A stretch of 63,681 nucleotides of DNA, counting the filler, from Candidatus Woesearchaeota archaeon (GTDB lineage Archaea > Nanobdellota > Nanobdellia > Woesearchaeales > CAZJJJ01): assembly GCA_046538795.1 (NCBI GenBank). It is 6 parts of 6 records of this genome, joined end to end, with 100 filler letters (N's around TTAATTAATTAA, not from the genome) between each part and the next. Parts side by side here need not be neighbours in the genome. Positions count along the whole stretch, not along the records: positions 1 to 28,438 come from JBKHIF010000012.1; 5 more parts are not named here. One strand, given 5' to 3'. A program made the position numbers and the translations under genes. This document shows positions 9,450-19,975 of the stretch, one piece after another (position 1 is the stretch's first letter; every line of letters begins with the position of its first letter). Under the pieces are notes generated by a model. That model did no database searches. It was not told the DNA's origin and was given only the letters and a program-made list of their open reading frames with translations.

Positions 9450-11036
9450 CTACCCAAGATTGATACCTGCAAAAGAATCAGTTACTTTTTTCTTTTCGAA
9501 TACTTCCTTTTCGATATCAGAGAATTCTTTTTTTCTATAAGTCTCTTTCACATGCTCGTTTTGGGTATCTTTTATTACATCAGAAAAAAGAGGGATCTTT
9601 ACAGGTATTGCAAACCTTGCGAAATTGCTTGTTATAATAGCTTCCCCTTTATCTAAAGAAGCGATTGATCTTGAATCAGAACTTAAGTCTTGTGCTGATG
9701 AATCTATTATGGCCTGTCTTTCATTTGACATCTCTATTCCTAGGATTATCTTGGTATTCATGTTTGCAAGTATGTCTTTTGGGATCAAGGATGGAAGCTG
9801 TGTTATGGCATACAACCCTACCTTGAACTTTCTTCCTTCTCTTGCAATAGTTGAAAATATGTTAGGTCCTTTTTCAAGAACCTCTTTTCCAAGAACTCTT
9901 GGAGCTTCTTCCAAAACGACAGAGATTACAGGCTTTTCCTTAAGATTGCCTTTCAGCTTGTAGTGCTTGTATCTCGCAAAAATCTCAGATGTTATCATGT
10001 TTCCTATAAGAAGTTCTGATTCTCCTGAAAATTCTGATGTATCTACTATAACCATGTTTCCTTCTTCAAGAGATGAGCATATTTCTTTTATTGTTGCTTC
10101 ACCTGAAGATATATCGAATATTCCATTGCAGAATAACTGGTTGTCTGAAAATTTAAGGTCAAGAAGGGACAGGAGCTTTCTCTTAAGGACATTTACTGTC
10201 GCGGGATTGAAATCTATATTAAGAGGCTTTTCAAGAACTACAGACTCGATCCATTTGTTTCCATACTCGCGGTAGTATGCGTTCATCGCCTGATGCTGTG
10301 CATCTGAAAAGCTTAAAAATGACATGTGGCCCGGCTTAAGATTCTTTAGATTGATCTTTAATGTTCCCTGGCCAGGAGGAGGATTTCTTGCTGTGTAATA
10401 TCTCACCTTTTTCTTGTTAGGATGATCTTTAAGTCCTTGAGAATTACGTCCATAATATTCATCATGAGGGTCTAGTACAAGCACTCCTGCATAATCTGAA
10501 TCAAGAAGTTTCCATAGTATGACTGAAGTTAGGTTGCTTTTTCCCCGTCCTGTTGTCGCGGCGACAAGTATGTGGTGTGAAAGCACAGAATCGCCTTTAA
10601 GGTTTATTGGGACATCTATCTTTCTTGATCCTGATCTTAAGTCTCCAAAATAAATCGGGTTTTCTGGCTTTTCGAGAAAGTGAAGATCTTCTTTTACAAC
10701 CTCTCTTGCTTCAGAGAAAAAAACAGGCAGAGTCTTTGAAAGTTTTGCATTATCTTGTGTTATTGTAAGAAGAGGTTTTGCGATAGCTATGGTATAATTT
10801 CTCAACTCAGGCTCCATCCATTTAAGCTCCTCGTTGCCTTCAAGCCTCATTCCTGAAATAAGCTCGAGATTCTGCTGACTTACCTGCGATGAGAAGTGAA
10901 GGTCATAAATTTGCATAAGGATAAGACCTTCTTTGGTTCCGCCTATTAGAAGTTCGCCGATCTCTATATTTTCAGTAGATTTCTGCCTTATTATTATCTT
11001 ACCGAAATCCCCTGAAACAACCTGTCCCTTAAGCAT
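9450..11036 (-). CDS. herA: HerA-family ATPase/DNA translocase
   Basis: N-terminal HAS-barrel-like segment, [38 protein letters not shown]. Confidence 0.88.
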   Translation of the reverse strand: MLKGQVVSGDFGKIIIRQKSTENIEIGELLIGGTKEGLILMQIYDLHFSSQVSQQNLELISGMRLEGNEELKWMEPELRNYTIAIAKPLLTITQDNAKLSKTLPVFFSEAREVVKEDLHFLEKPENPIYFGDLRSGSRKIDVPINLKGDSVLSHHILVAATTGRGKSNLTSVILWKLLDSDYAGVLVLDPHDEYYGRNSQGLKDHPNKKKVRYYTARNPPPGQGTLKINLKNLKPGHMSFLSFSDAQHQAMNAYYREYGNKWIESVVLEKPLNIDFNPATVNVLKRKLLSLLDLKFSDNQLFCNGIFDISSGEATIKEICSSLEEGNMVIVDTSEFSGESELLIGNMITSEIFARYKHYKLKGNLKEKPVISVVLEEAPRVLGKEVLEKGPNIFSTIAREGRKFKVGLYAITQLPSLIPKDILANMNTKIILGIEMSNERQAIIDSSAQDLSSDSRSIASLDKGEAIITSNFARFAIPVKIPLFSDVIKDTQNEHVKETYRKKEFSDIEKEVFEKKKVTDSFAGINLG

Positions 11037-11061
11037 AAAAGATGAGGATAAAATTATTTAT

Positions 11062-11787
11062 TTAAACCTTTGCACCGATAAGCAGGTCTTCTTCTAAATT
11101 CATTATTTCTTCGATCTCTTTTTCAGAAACAGAACAGCCGTTAAGTTTTATACCCCAAAGAGCTGCTTCAAGAAGGGTCCTTTTTGGACGCTTGACAAAT
11201 CTCTTTTCGCCTTCAAAAAGATATCTGTCAAGAAAACCAAGCTCATATGCTATAGCTATTATTTCAAGAGATCTTAAGACCTTAAGCCCTTTCATCATAT
11301 TTTTGAGCTTCTGAAGATTTTCTCTGTTCACACTTACATTTGTGTGAAGTTTTCTTTCCATACGTTTTGCAATCTTCATTGGGTTCTCTACAAGGTATCT
11401 CGCAGTATATTCATCTATAACTGCTGCATCTGCATTGAGTATTATTGCAGATGCAATAACCTGCACATCTGCTTCATGGACTACTTTAATGTAATTTCCT
11501 TTTGCGCTGAATGTGTTATCGGCAAGATCAATTATCTCTTGTGTTTTCTTCTCCAATTCAAGATGCCTGAATATCTTAAGGATGTTCCTGTTAAAATATG
11601 GAAGTATCTGCAATGCTTCGAGCTTGTATTTTTTTGATCTAAGAGGGTTGTCTATAAGTTCCTGCTTGACTTTAACAGGTACAACAAATTCTCCTTTAAA
11701 TCGTTCTTTCATCGGATCAAGCACCCAGAGAAGGTTGTTAAGCGTAAGAGTTATCAAAGGTCCTGTGTCAAATACCAGAGTCTTCAT
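11062..11787 (-). CDS. PIN-domain ribonuclease (DUF3368/COG2405-like)
   Basis: VFDTGPLI, VKQEL, HEADVQVIA and VIDEYTAR acidic residues; C-terminal SLEIIAIAYELGFL. Confidence 0.75.
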   Translation of the reverse strand: MKTLVFDTGPLITLTLNNLLWVLDPMKERFKGEFVVPVKVKQELIDNPLRSKKYKLEALQILPYFNRNILKIFRHLELEKKTQEIIDLADNTFSAKGNYIKVVHEADVQVIASAIILNADAAVIDEYTARYLVENPMKIAKRMERKLHTNVSVNRENLQKLKNMMKGLKVLRSLEIIAIAYELGFLDRYLFEGEKRFVKRPKRTLLEAALWGIKLNGCSVSEKEIEEIMNLEEDLLIGAKV

Positions 11788-12323
11788 GAGAAAAGCCTCC
11801 TTGCAAACTTAAGCCTTTTTTGCATATTGTCGTTAGTTGAATAACTGTCAGGAATATTTGTCTTTCCTATATAACTTATAATTTCCCATTGGCTTCTTCC
11901 TAATATATCTGCTACCCGTCCTATGCTTATCCCGTGATCATAGATTTTTGTTCCCTTATTGACTTTTGCAGAATCGATTACATACTTGAAATAGTTTTTC
12001 AGCCTGTTATCTTCATTTTCTATTATGTTAGTAAGCCTTTTCAAAGATCCCCTGAAAGATTTTTCCTTATCTTCCTTAAGGGCCTTGTATGCCTTTCTCA
12101 GCTCATAAAGTATTTTATCATTTATCTCTTCTGTCTTTTCAATTATTTGTGCGATTCCGTATATGATCACCGCAACAGAAGTTGAATAATTATCCTGAAA
12201 AATAGATGCGTTGTGTATCACTTCATTGCTTATGCCTTCAATTGCATAGCATGTCTTGTTCTGGATACAATCTATTGTTTTTTTTATGACGTTTATTATG
12301 TCTTCTTTTACTACTTCTTGCAT
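11784..12323 (-). CDS. Protein with C-terminal UPF0175/COG2886-like HTH (putative antitoxin)
   Basis: IYDHGISIGRVADILGRSQWEI; ATGA overlap with the PIN gene. Confidence 0.65.
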   Translation of the reverse strand: MQEVVKEDIINVIKKTIDCIQNKTCYAIEGISNEVIHNASIFQDNYSTSVAVIIYGIAQIIEKTEEINDKILYELRKAYKALKEDKEKSFRGSLKRLTNIIENEDNRLKNYFKYVIDSAKVNKGTKIYDHGISIGRVADILGRSQWEIISYIGKTNIPDSYSTNDNMQKRLKFARRLFS

Positions 12324-12443
12324 ATTCTTTTTTGTGAAGGAAATATATTAAATAGTTTTGCATTAGCAATCTTTTACTATACATGTAGACAAACGATAGA
12401 CAAAGCATAATGTTTATATAATCAGTTTCTTATTGTTATTGTC

Positions 12444-13622
12444 ATGTCAGGATTTATAGATTTCATCAAGGAGAAGCTTCCCTTTACAGAATCTGAAAAA
12501 GAAAAACTTGAGTCTATCAATTCTTTTGTCGATAATGCTGAATTTAAAAAGATAGAAAAACTCTTCAGGCTTGATTCTATAGATATAACAAAATATATAT
12601 TGAAGACTTCTTTTGTTAAGAGCAAGCCTTTCCCTAACATAAAAATTACTGGAAATACTCCTGTTTCTCCAGATGACACAAAATTTATTGAATATGTAAA
12701 TAAACGGATAAAAGATGATTTCAGAAACAGAACCGAGAAGCAGGCTGCATCAAAAATAGATTTTACGCGTTATATCGCTCCAAACATAAAAGGCATGCAT
12801 TTTGTGAAAAAAGCAGTTGCCCTTCAGCTTTTTGCATCTGAGCCTGTGCACATACTTCTTTTAGGAGATCCTGGTACAGGAAAAACAGAGATACTTAGAA
12901 GTGTTGAAGAGATCCATCCTGTATCTGTCTTCGGCCTTGGTTCAGGGACGTCAGGTGTTGGACTTTCCATGTCTTTTCAGGCAGGTAAGCCAATATTAGG
13001 AATGCTTCCACGGGCAAACAAGGGTATATGTTGCATTGATGAACTTAATCTTCTTAAGGGAGAGGATATGGCATCTTTATACAGTGCAATGGAAAAGGGA
13101 TTCATTACCTATGACAAAGGAGGACATCACATAAAACAGGATGCAGAAGCAAGAATACTTGCAACAGCTAATCCGACTGGTGATAAGTTTAAGAGCAATG
13201 ATGTTGAAAAATTAAAAAACCAGATACCTTTTGATTCAGCCCTTCTTACAAGATTCCACCTTGTCTTTCTGACGAGAAAGCCCGGGCTTGATGCATTCAT
13301 CGACATAACAAAAAAGATACTTTCCAACAAAAAGGAAACAAAAATTGAAAAAGATCTTCATTTCTTGAGCGAATACATAAAAGAAGCAGAAAACATTGAA
13401 GTAAAACTTTCACAGAAGCTTCAGAAAAACATAACCAGGTTTATCGCAGAACTGAAAAAGTCTGAAGAGCAGTTTCTTTTTGAGATATCTCCAAGAACAG
13501 TTATTGGTTTCATGAGACTTTGCAAGGCAAGTGCAAGGATGAATTTTCGCGATCATGTAATAGACGATGATATAGAGAATGTAAAAGAGATCTTTGTGAA
13601 AGCATTGAATAATGAGAATTAG
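12444..13622 (+). CDS. MCM-like AAA+ ATPase lacking the canonical N-terminal domain
   Basis: IAPNIKG, HILLLGDPGTGKT, CCIDEL, AMEKG, ATANP, LLTRF, ISPR; only 392 aa. Confidence 0.85.
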   Translation: MSGFIDFIKEKLPFTESEKEKLESINSFVDNAEFKKIEKLFRLDSIDITKYILKTSFVKSKPFPNIKITGNTPVSPDDTKFIEYVNKRIKDDFRNRTEKQAASKIDFTRYIAPNIKGMHFVKKAVALQLFASEPVHILLLGDPGTGKTEILRSVEEIHPVSVFGLGSGTSGVGLSMSFQAGKPILGMLPRANKGICCIDELNLLKGEDMASLYSAMEKGFITYDKGGHHIKQDAEARILATANPTGDKFKSNDVEKLKNQIPFDSALLTRFHLVFLTRKPGLDAFIDITKKILSNKKETKIEKDLHFLSEYIKEAENIEVKLSQKLQKNITRFIAELKKSEEQFLFEISPRTVIGFMRLCKASARMNFRDHVIDDDIENVKEIFVKALNNEN

Positions 13623-13769
13623 TTTTTCATAAAATCCGGTAAATTTTCATAGATTTAATTTATTTCCGGAAGATTTCTATTTGTATTGCAATGTTTTTCG
13701 ATTTATCCGCAAATGTTTCATAAATTGTTCCGCAATCTTTTTTAAACATAATCTCTGCTTTAATTTAGG

Positions 13770-14225
13770 GTGGTTTGCATGAGAAAGATATTTGCAATAG
13801 GCGGATTGTGTGTCGGGCTTTTGGCATATACAGGACTTAATATGTACTTAGGAGACAAGATGAATTTCAATGATAAGGTAGTATATCCGCTGGTTTACGG
13901 TAATAAGGAAACAGAGGATGGATTTACAGAAGATCCCTTTGATCTTGAAAAAAGGATAATAATAAATGAGAATGATAGGATCGAGACATATTTTGGAAAT
14001 TGTAATGAAAACAGGTTTTTTCCTGTGGGAGAAAATGACATGACAGGATATTCAGGAAAAAATTTTAGAGAAGACCTTAGAGAATTTACTGAAAATGTTT
14101 CTGAAAGGGTAGAAGAGATTGGAGAAGATATAGGAGAGGCTATCGAGAACATAAGGATCCCTGAAGATTCTTTTTGGTACAGGGCCCTTCGATTTATCGG
14201 CATATATGATCAGGTCAACAGATAA
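13770..14225 (+). CDS. Hypothetical protein with N-terminal membrane anchor
   Basis: Hydrophobic N-terminus, acidic body. Confidence 0.6.
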   Translation: MVCMRKIFAIGGLCVGLLAYTGLNMYLGDKMNFNDKVVYPLVYGNKETEDGFTEDPFDLEKRIIINENDRIETYFGNCNENRFFPVGENDMTGYSGKNFREDLREFTENVSERVEEIGEDIGEAIENIRIPEDSFWYRALRFIGIYDQVNR

Positions 14226-14276
14226 GATGAATCAGAATCCAAAACATATATATATGATTCCTTTTGATGTGTTTTT

Positions 14277-15041
14277 ATGATCACGCATTCTTTTTCCTTC
14301 CTTGAGAAGATAAACAAGAAGACTGAAGAGTCTCTCTGGAGCATGGGGATCAAGAACTGGGATGATTTCATCTCTGCCAGATCCATTAAAGGGATGTCTT
14401 CCTTAAGGAAAGGATATTATGACCGATTTTTGGAAAAAGCAAAACGCAATCTTGAGTTTAGGAACGAGGCATTTTTCTTTGACAGGATACCTTTGAAAGA
14501 GACCTGGAGATTATATGATTATTTCAAAGATCAGGCAATCTACCTTGATATAGAAACATCTTCTTATAATACTATTACTGTTGTAGGGCTTTATGACGGG
14601 AGTGATTCAAGGATACTTATCCATGGTTTTAATCTTGACAAGGATACTCTCAAGGAGGCGCTTTCTGACTGCAAAATGATAATTACATTTAATGGAAGCT
14701 GTTTTGATATTCCTTTTATCAAGCGGTATTTTTCAGAGGTGGTACCAAGCGTACCGCATCTGGACTTAAGATTTGCTGCAAGCCAGCTGGGACTTACAGG
14801 AGGGCTTAAGAATATCGAAAAGCAGATCGGAATTTCAAGAGGAGATCAAGTAAAAGATGTAAGAGGAGGAGATGCTGTTGTGCTTTGGGATATGTGGAAA
14901 AGGACAGGCGATAAAAAATATCTTGATATACTTGTCGAATACAATAAAGAAGATATAGTGAACCTTAAGCCTCTTGCAGAATATGTTGTTTCAGGTTTAA
15001 AGAAAGTGCAAAATTCTTATTTCATGACTGCCTTACAATAA
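14277..15041 (+). CDS. RNase H-like DEDD exonuclease (YprB/RNase_H_2 family)
   Basis: YLDIET, TFNGSCFDIP, HLDL, GGLKNIEK, YNKED. Confidence 0.88.
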   Translation: MITHSFSFLEKINKKTEESLWSMGIKNWDDFISARSIKGMSSLRKGYYDRFLEKAKRNLEFRNEAFFFDRIPLKETWRLYDYFKDQAIYLDIETSSYNTITVVGLYDGSDSRILIHGFNLDKDTLKEALSDCKMIITFNGSCFDIPFIKRYFSEVVPSVPHLDLRFAASQLGLTGGLKNIEKQIGISRGDQVKDVRGGDAVVLWDMWKRTGDKKYLDILVEYNKEDIVNLKPLAEYVVSGLKKVQNSYFMTALQ

Positions 15042-15074
15042 ATTATATAAAGCTTTGAGGCATACAGTTATTTT

Positions 15075-15908
15075 ATGGCCGATTCAAATCTTGAAAGTTT
15101 TATTAAAAGAGAGCTTGGAAACAAGGGCATAAAGACACTTAATTCTATACTTATTGCACTTAACTTGGAAAACATAGAAGAGGCTTCTGATGATCAGAAA
15201 AAAAGATTTGTTGCAGAGATTGTACCTGAGTTCAGGGAAAAAAGCCTTGCAAGAAGCAAGGTGCTTACATCTGAACTAAGGAGCATACTCGGGCTTGAAG
15301 AAGATGTCTTGGATCTTGACGATACTGGAAAAGAAGTCGAAAAACAGATGATACGATCTTTTGTAAATGTTGATGCAAATGATAAGCTGAGATCAACGCT
15401 TTCAAAAATTGAGGCTGTCTTTAATCTTTTTTGGTCAAAGGCAGGAGAGGCTTTTGACATGGGTGTTTCTATAAAAGATATACACAGGATTTCAAGACAG
15501 GTACTCAAAGATATAAAGTCTGATATCATAGGGATCTGCGATAATATTGAAAACTTGCTTGGCATGGGATATGGCAATAATAGCGCAGTGCTTGCAAAGT
15601 CTCTAAAGAAAAAATATAATTCTAAATTCTCATTTACTGATGTTGGAGGTGTTTTGGAAGACAAGAAAGAAACACCCCTTGAATCTGCTATAAATGAATT
15701 CAGGGAAAAAGTCATGGAACTTTTTGATGAATTTGAAAAAATATTTCTTGAATCAATCGATGAAGATCTTATTTACAGGCACAGGAATCAGGATGATACT
15801 GATCTTGTTGAGATTACTAAAGAGAAGACAAATCACATATGTGATGAAATAGTAGATGCATACGAGATCATGAAACAGAAGATAGACAAGATTGAGAAGA
15901 TTGAATGA
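15075..15908 (+). CDS. Hypothetical helical protein
   Basis: 277-aa ORF co-oriented between the exonuclease and polB. Confidence 0.65.
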   Translation: MADSNLESFIKRELGNKGIKTLNSILIALNLENIEEASDDQKKRFVAEIVPEFREKSLARSKVLTSELRSILGLEEDVLDLDDTGKEVEKQMIRSFVNVDANDKLRSTLSKIEAVFNLFWSKAGEAFDMGVSIKDIHRISRQVLKDIKSDIIGICDNIENLLGMGYGNNSAVLAKSLKKKYNSKFSFTDVGGVLEDKKETPLESAINEFREKVMELFDEFEKIFLESIDEDLIYRHRNQDDTDLVEITKEKTNHICDEIVDAYEIMKQKIDKIEKIE

Positions 15909-15962
15909 TTAGATTCATAACAGGACAAAGCTTTTATATTCTCATAGGATACATCGATACTG

Positions 15963-18359
15963 ATGGCAAAAGACACTTCTGATACTGGATTTGTAATTTA
16001 TCCTGCTTATCACATACATGATAATCAGGCTTATGTGTATATCTATGGAAGATTGTCTTGTGGAAAAAGCTTTCTTTCTATAAGTCATTTTGAGCCTTAT
16101 TTTTTCATCAAAAGTTCTGATGAGAAAAAGGCAAAGGATATCGCATCTTCATTATCCCAGGAAATAACAGGAGAAGCATCTTTTGAAAAATCAGATTATA
16201 TTGATTTTAATAAGAAAAAGATGACAAAACTTACCCTTAAAATTCCTAAAGATGTTCCTGTTTTAAGAAAAGAGCTTGAGAAAAACAATATTCCCTGTTA
16301 TGAGGCTGACATAAGGTTTCCTTACAGGTTCATGATGGACAATGATATTTTGGGAACCTTTGAAATATCAGGTAAATATGAAGAGAATAACGGTGAGGGA
16401 ATAAGCTCTGGGTTGGATGACAGGATGTTTTATGTAGATCGGCTTTATCTTGATCCTGATCTCAAGGCATCTGATTCTGATATCCCTGAAATGAAGATCT
16501 TGTCTTTTGATATAGAGACAGACCAGCATGCTGATAAGCTTTATTCAATCGCTTGCTACACAAAATTCAAGTCAAAAACAGAAACAAGAAATTTTGTGGT
16601 ATCTTCAGAAAAGGTAAAGGATGCAGATAATTTTTCTGATGAAAAATCACTTCTTTCAGAGTTTTCATCTTATGTAAAAAAGATAGATCCTGATATTATA
16701 ACAGGATGGAATGTTATTGATTTTGATCTTAAGATTCTTCACGATAAGTATAAAAAACTGAACATCCCTTTTTCTTTGGGAAGGAATTCTGATGAAGCAA
16801 GGCTGAATATACAGAGCCAGTTTTTCTTGGATTCAAAAGCAAATTTTCCCGGAAGATCTGTTCTTGATGGACTTCATCTTCTAAGACTTAGCTTTGTTTC
16901 TCTTAGCGATTACAAGCTTGATACTGCTGCAAAAGAGATATTGGGTGAAAGAAAGCTTATTACAGATGTAACCAAGAAAGGAACAATAATTGATGATCTT
17001 TATGAAAAAAAGAAAGATGAGCTTGTTGAATATAATGCAAAGGATGCTAAGCTTGTTATAGATATATTGTCTGCAAAGGATATAATAAATCTTGTTCTGA
17101 CAAAAAGCAAGCTTACAGGCATGCCTCCTGATAGGGTCCAGGCAAGTGTTGCAACCCTTGATTCTCTTTATATGAGAGAGGCAAGAAAAAGAGGACTTAT
17201 ATGTCCCAGTTCTCAGTACATAGAGAAGGAAAGAGGAATTCTTGGAGGGTATGTGATGAATCCTCAAACCGGCATACATGATCACGTCGTTGTTCTTGAT
17301 TTCAAATCTCTGTATCCGAGCATCATGGTAACTTTCAATATAGATCCCTGGTCATTTTCTGAGAAAGGAACAATTGTTGCTCCTAATGGAGCTAAATTCG
17401 TGAATCAAAAAGGCATCCTTCCTGATCTTATAGAAGGCATCTGGGCAGAACGTGACAAGGCTAAAAAAAGAAAAGATGATGTTGCAAGCTATGCTCTTAA
17501 AGTTATCATGAATTCATTTTTCGGAGTGCTTGCAAATCCAAATTGCAGGTTCTTTAATCCTGACATGGCAAACGCCATAACACATTTTGGCCAGTATATA
17601 ATAAAAAATACTGCCAATGAAGTTGAGAAAAAGGGGTACACTGTCCTTTATTCAGATACTGATTCTGTTTTTGTAAAGACCAATTCTGATTCGTTGGAAG
17701 AGGCTGATAAAATCGGGAAAAAACTTGCAGAAGAGATCAATAATTATTATACTAAACTTGTGAAAAAGGATTATGAAAGAGAGTCAAGGCTTGAGCTTGA
17801 GTATGAGAAAGTTTACAAAAAAATTATTTTTCCAAGAGTAAGAGGATCATCATCTGATAAAGGTGCAAAAAAAAGATATGCAGGACTTTTAGCGAAAAAT
17901 GGCAAAGAAGACATGGATTTCACAGGCCTTGAATTTGTGAGACGTGACTGGACTGAAGTTTCAAAGAAGTTCCAGCTTGAACTTCTTGATCGCATATTCC
18001 ATGAAAAAGAGGTTACAGGATATGTTAAGAGGTTTGTTGAGGACATAAGGGAAAAGAAATATGATGATCTGTTAGTATATACAAAGGCTGTGAGAAAAGA
18101 TCTTGATTCATATACAAAGACAACTCCTCCTCATGTAAAGGCTGCAAGAAAGCTTGACAAGCTTGATTCCAACATAATAAAATATGTGATAACTGTTGAT
18201 GGGCCTGAACCTATACAGGATGTAAGGCATAGCATAGATTATGACCATTACATAGAGAAACAGATAAAGCCTATTGCAGATACTGTGCTTGTTTTTTTTG
18301 ATACAAATTTTGACGATCTGATGAAAGGAACCACTCAAAAGAACCTTTTTAATTATTAG
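15963..18359 (+). CDS. polB: Family B DNA polymerase
   Basis: Exo I FDIET, DFKSLYPS, KVIMNSFFG, YSDTDS, KKRYAG. Confidence 0.96.
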   Translation: MAKDTSDTGFVIYPAYHIHDNQAYVYIYGRLSCGKSFLSISHFEPYFFIKSSDEKKAKDIASSLSQEITGEASFEKSDYIDFNKKKMTKLTLKIPKDVPVLRKELEKNNIPCYEADIRFPYRFMMDNDILGTFEISGKYEENNGEGISSGLDDRMFYVDRLYLDPDLKASDSDIPEMKILSFDIETDQHADKLYSIACYTKFKSKTETRNFVVSSEKVKDADNFSDEKSLLSEFSSYVKKIDPDIITGWNVIDFDLKILHDKYKKLNIPFSLGRNSDEARLNIQSQFFLDSKANFPGRSVLDGLHLLRLSFVSLSDYKLDTAAKEILGERKLITDVTKKGTIIDDLYEKKKDELVEYNAKDAKLVIDILSAKDIINLVLTKSKLTGMPPDRVQASVATLDSLYMREARKRGLICPSSQYIEKERGILGGYVMNPQTGIHDHVVVLDFKSLYPSIMVTFNIDPWSFSEKGTIVAPNGAKFVNQKGILPDLIEGIWAERDKAKKRKDDVASYALKVIMNSFFGVLANPNCRFFNPDMANAITHFGQYIIKNTANEVEKKGYTVLYSDTDSVFVKTNSDSLEEADKIGKKLAEEINNYYTKLVKKDYERESRLELEYEKVYKKIIFPRVRGSSSDKGAKKRYAGLLAKNGKEDMDFTGLEFVRRDWTEVSKKFQLELLDRIFHEKEVTGYVKRFVEDIREKKYDDLLVYTKAVRKDLDSYTKTTPPHVKAARKLDKLDSNIIKYVITVDGPEPIQDVRHSIDYDHYIEKQIKPIADTVLVFFDTNFDDLMKGTTQKNLFNY

Positions 18360-18405
18360 GTATTTACTTGATAAAAGGATTAAGTTTTTATAAGCTTCTT
18401 AGTTT

Positions 18406-19041
18406 TTGTCAATCATGTATATGAGAAATGTTACTCCTAGAGGACTTAGCTTTTCAAAAACCGAGATAGATCATCTCTGGAAAAGCTGGCTTGCGATAAG
18501 CATTGCTTTTGCGATAGCCATGACAGGATTTAATTTTCTTAATGCAGGTTTTTATCTTGCAATAATAATATCTGCGTTTACAGTTGGAATAGGATTTCTT
18601 ATGCATGAGCTTTCACACAAATTTACTGCGCAGTATTATAGATGTCATGCAGAGTACAGGGCGAATTTTCAGATGCTGTTTTTTGCTCTTATATCTTCTC
18701 TTTTCGGGATAGTATTTGCAGCTCCTGGTGCTGTTATGATAGATGGACATATTAATAAGAAGCAATATGGGATAATATCTCTGGCAGGTCCATTAGCTAA
18801 TATTGTTTTGTCTCTTCTTTTTGTTCTTTTAGGGGTCTTTTTTAGTTCAGGCATAATAAGTATTGTAGTTTTTTATGGTTTTAGCATTAATACCTGGCTT
18901 GCGCTTTTCAACCTGATTCCTTTCGGAATGTTTGACGGAAAAAAAATACTTAACTGGGATCGGAAAGTATATTTTATAGTGGTGGCTGCATTTTTTGCAG
19001 TAAGAATCGCAGGAGGCTTTGCCTTGGGCGGAGGGTTTTGA
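18406..19041 (+). CDS. Site-2 protease (M50) membrane metallopeptidase
   Basis: HELSH, AGPLAN, FNLIPFGMFDG. Confidence 0.9.
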   Translation: MSIMYMRNVTPRGLSFSKTEIDHLWKSWLAISIAFAIAMTGFNFLNAGFYLAIIISAFTVGIGFLMHELSHKFTAQYYRCHAEYRANFQMLFFALISSLFGIVFAAPGAVMIDGHINKKQYGIISLAGPLANIVLSLLFVLLGVFFSSGIISIVVFYGFSINTWLALFNLIPFGMFDGKKILNWDRKVYFIVVAAFFAVRIAGGFALGGGF

Positions 19042-19065
19042 AAATAAAAAAAAGATTCTGATAAA

Positions 19066-19974
19066 TTAGGAATTATCAAGAAGATCATGTTTTTTCATGA
19101 CTTCAATTAATTTTTCTTTATGTTCTTCTGATTCAAGTTCGCACATGGGGAGCCTGAAAATTTCTTTGCATCTTCCCTGCATTGCAAGCGCTGTCTTAAT
19201 AGGTATAGGATTTGTCTCTATGAATTCAACTTCAAAGAAATCATTTAGATCTTGATTTTGTTTTTCAGCTTCTTCCATGTTTCCTTCAAGAGCGTTTTTT
19301 ACCATTTCTGACATCTTTTTTGGCATTATGTTTGCAGCAACAGATATTATTCCGTCTCCACCTGCTTTTATAAGATCAAGGGTAATTCCGTCATCTCCTG
19401 AAAGAACACAGAAATTTTCTTTTGTGTTTGAAATCACATCTTTCATCTGAGAAATATCACCTGATGCTTCTTTAACTGCAATTATGTTTGGACACTCGTT
19501 CGTAAGTTTTACAAGAGTTTTTGTTTCAAGATTTACTGCTGTTCTTCCTTTTATATTGTAAATGACTATTGGGATATCAACAGAATCAGCCACTGCTTTG
19601 AAATGTTTGTACAGTCCAAGTTGTGTTGGCTTGTTGTAATATGGATTTACTACAAGAGCTGCATCTGCTCCTGCTTCTTTTGCATGTCTTGTAAGCCTTA
19701 TCGCTTCTGCTGTTGAATTGCTTCCTGTACCTGCTATCACAGGAACTTTCTTGTTAGCATATTTTATAGCAAGTTCAATGACCTTGTCATGTTCCTCGTG
19801 AGAAAGTGTTGGGCTTTCACCTGTTGTTCCGCAGGGAACGAGTCCTGATACACCATTTTCGATCTGAAAATCAATAAGTTTTTTCAGTGCATCTTCATCA
19901 ATTTTGTTATCTTCTGTAAATGGTGTGATTATTGCTGTGAATGTACCTCTGAATATTTTTTCCAATTTTTCCAC
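19066..19974 (-). CDS. dapA: 4-hydroxy-tetrahydrodipicolinate synthase
   Basis: GTTGESPTL, PYYNKP, IYNI, VKEASG, ETNPIPIK. Confidence 0.95.
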   Translation of the reverse strand: MEKLEKIFRGTFTAIITPFTEDNKIDEDALKKLIDFQIENGVSGLVPCGTTGESPTLSHEEHDKVIELAIKYANKKVPVIAGTGSNSTAEAIRLTRHAKEAGADAALVVNPYYNKPTQLGLYKHFKAVADSVDIPIVIYNIKGRTAVNLETKTLVKLTNECPNIIAVKEASGDISQMKDVISNTKENFCVLSGDDGITLDLIKAGGDGIISVAANIMPKKMSEMVKNALEGNMEEAEKQNQDLNDFFEVEFIETNPIPIKTALAMQGRCKEIFRLPMCELESEEHKEKLIEVMKKHDLLDNS

Positions 19975-19975
19975 C

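Noticed and set aside
12444..18359. Provirus or casposon (MCM-like + exonuclease + PolB)
   Set aside because: PolB looks like a cellular RNA-primed type; no capsid, Cas1, integrase or terminal repeats were seen.
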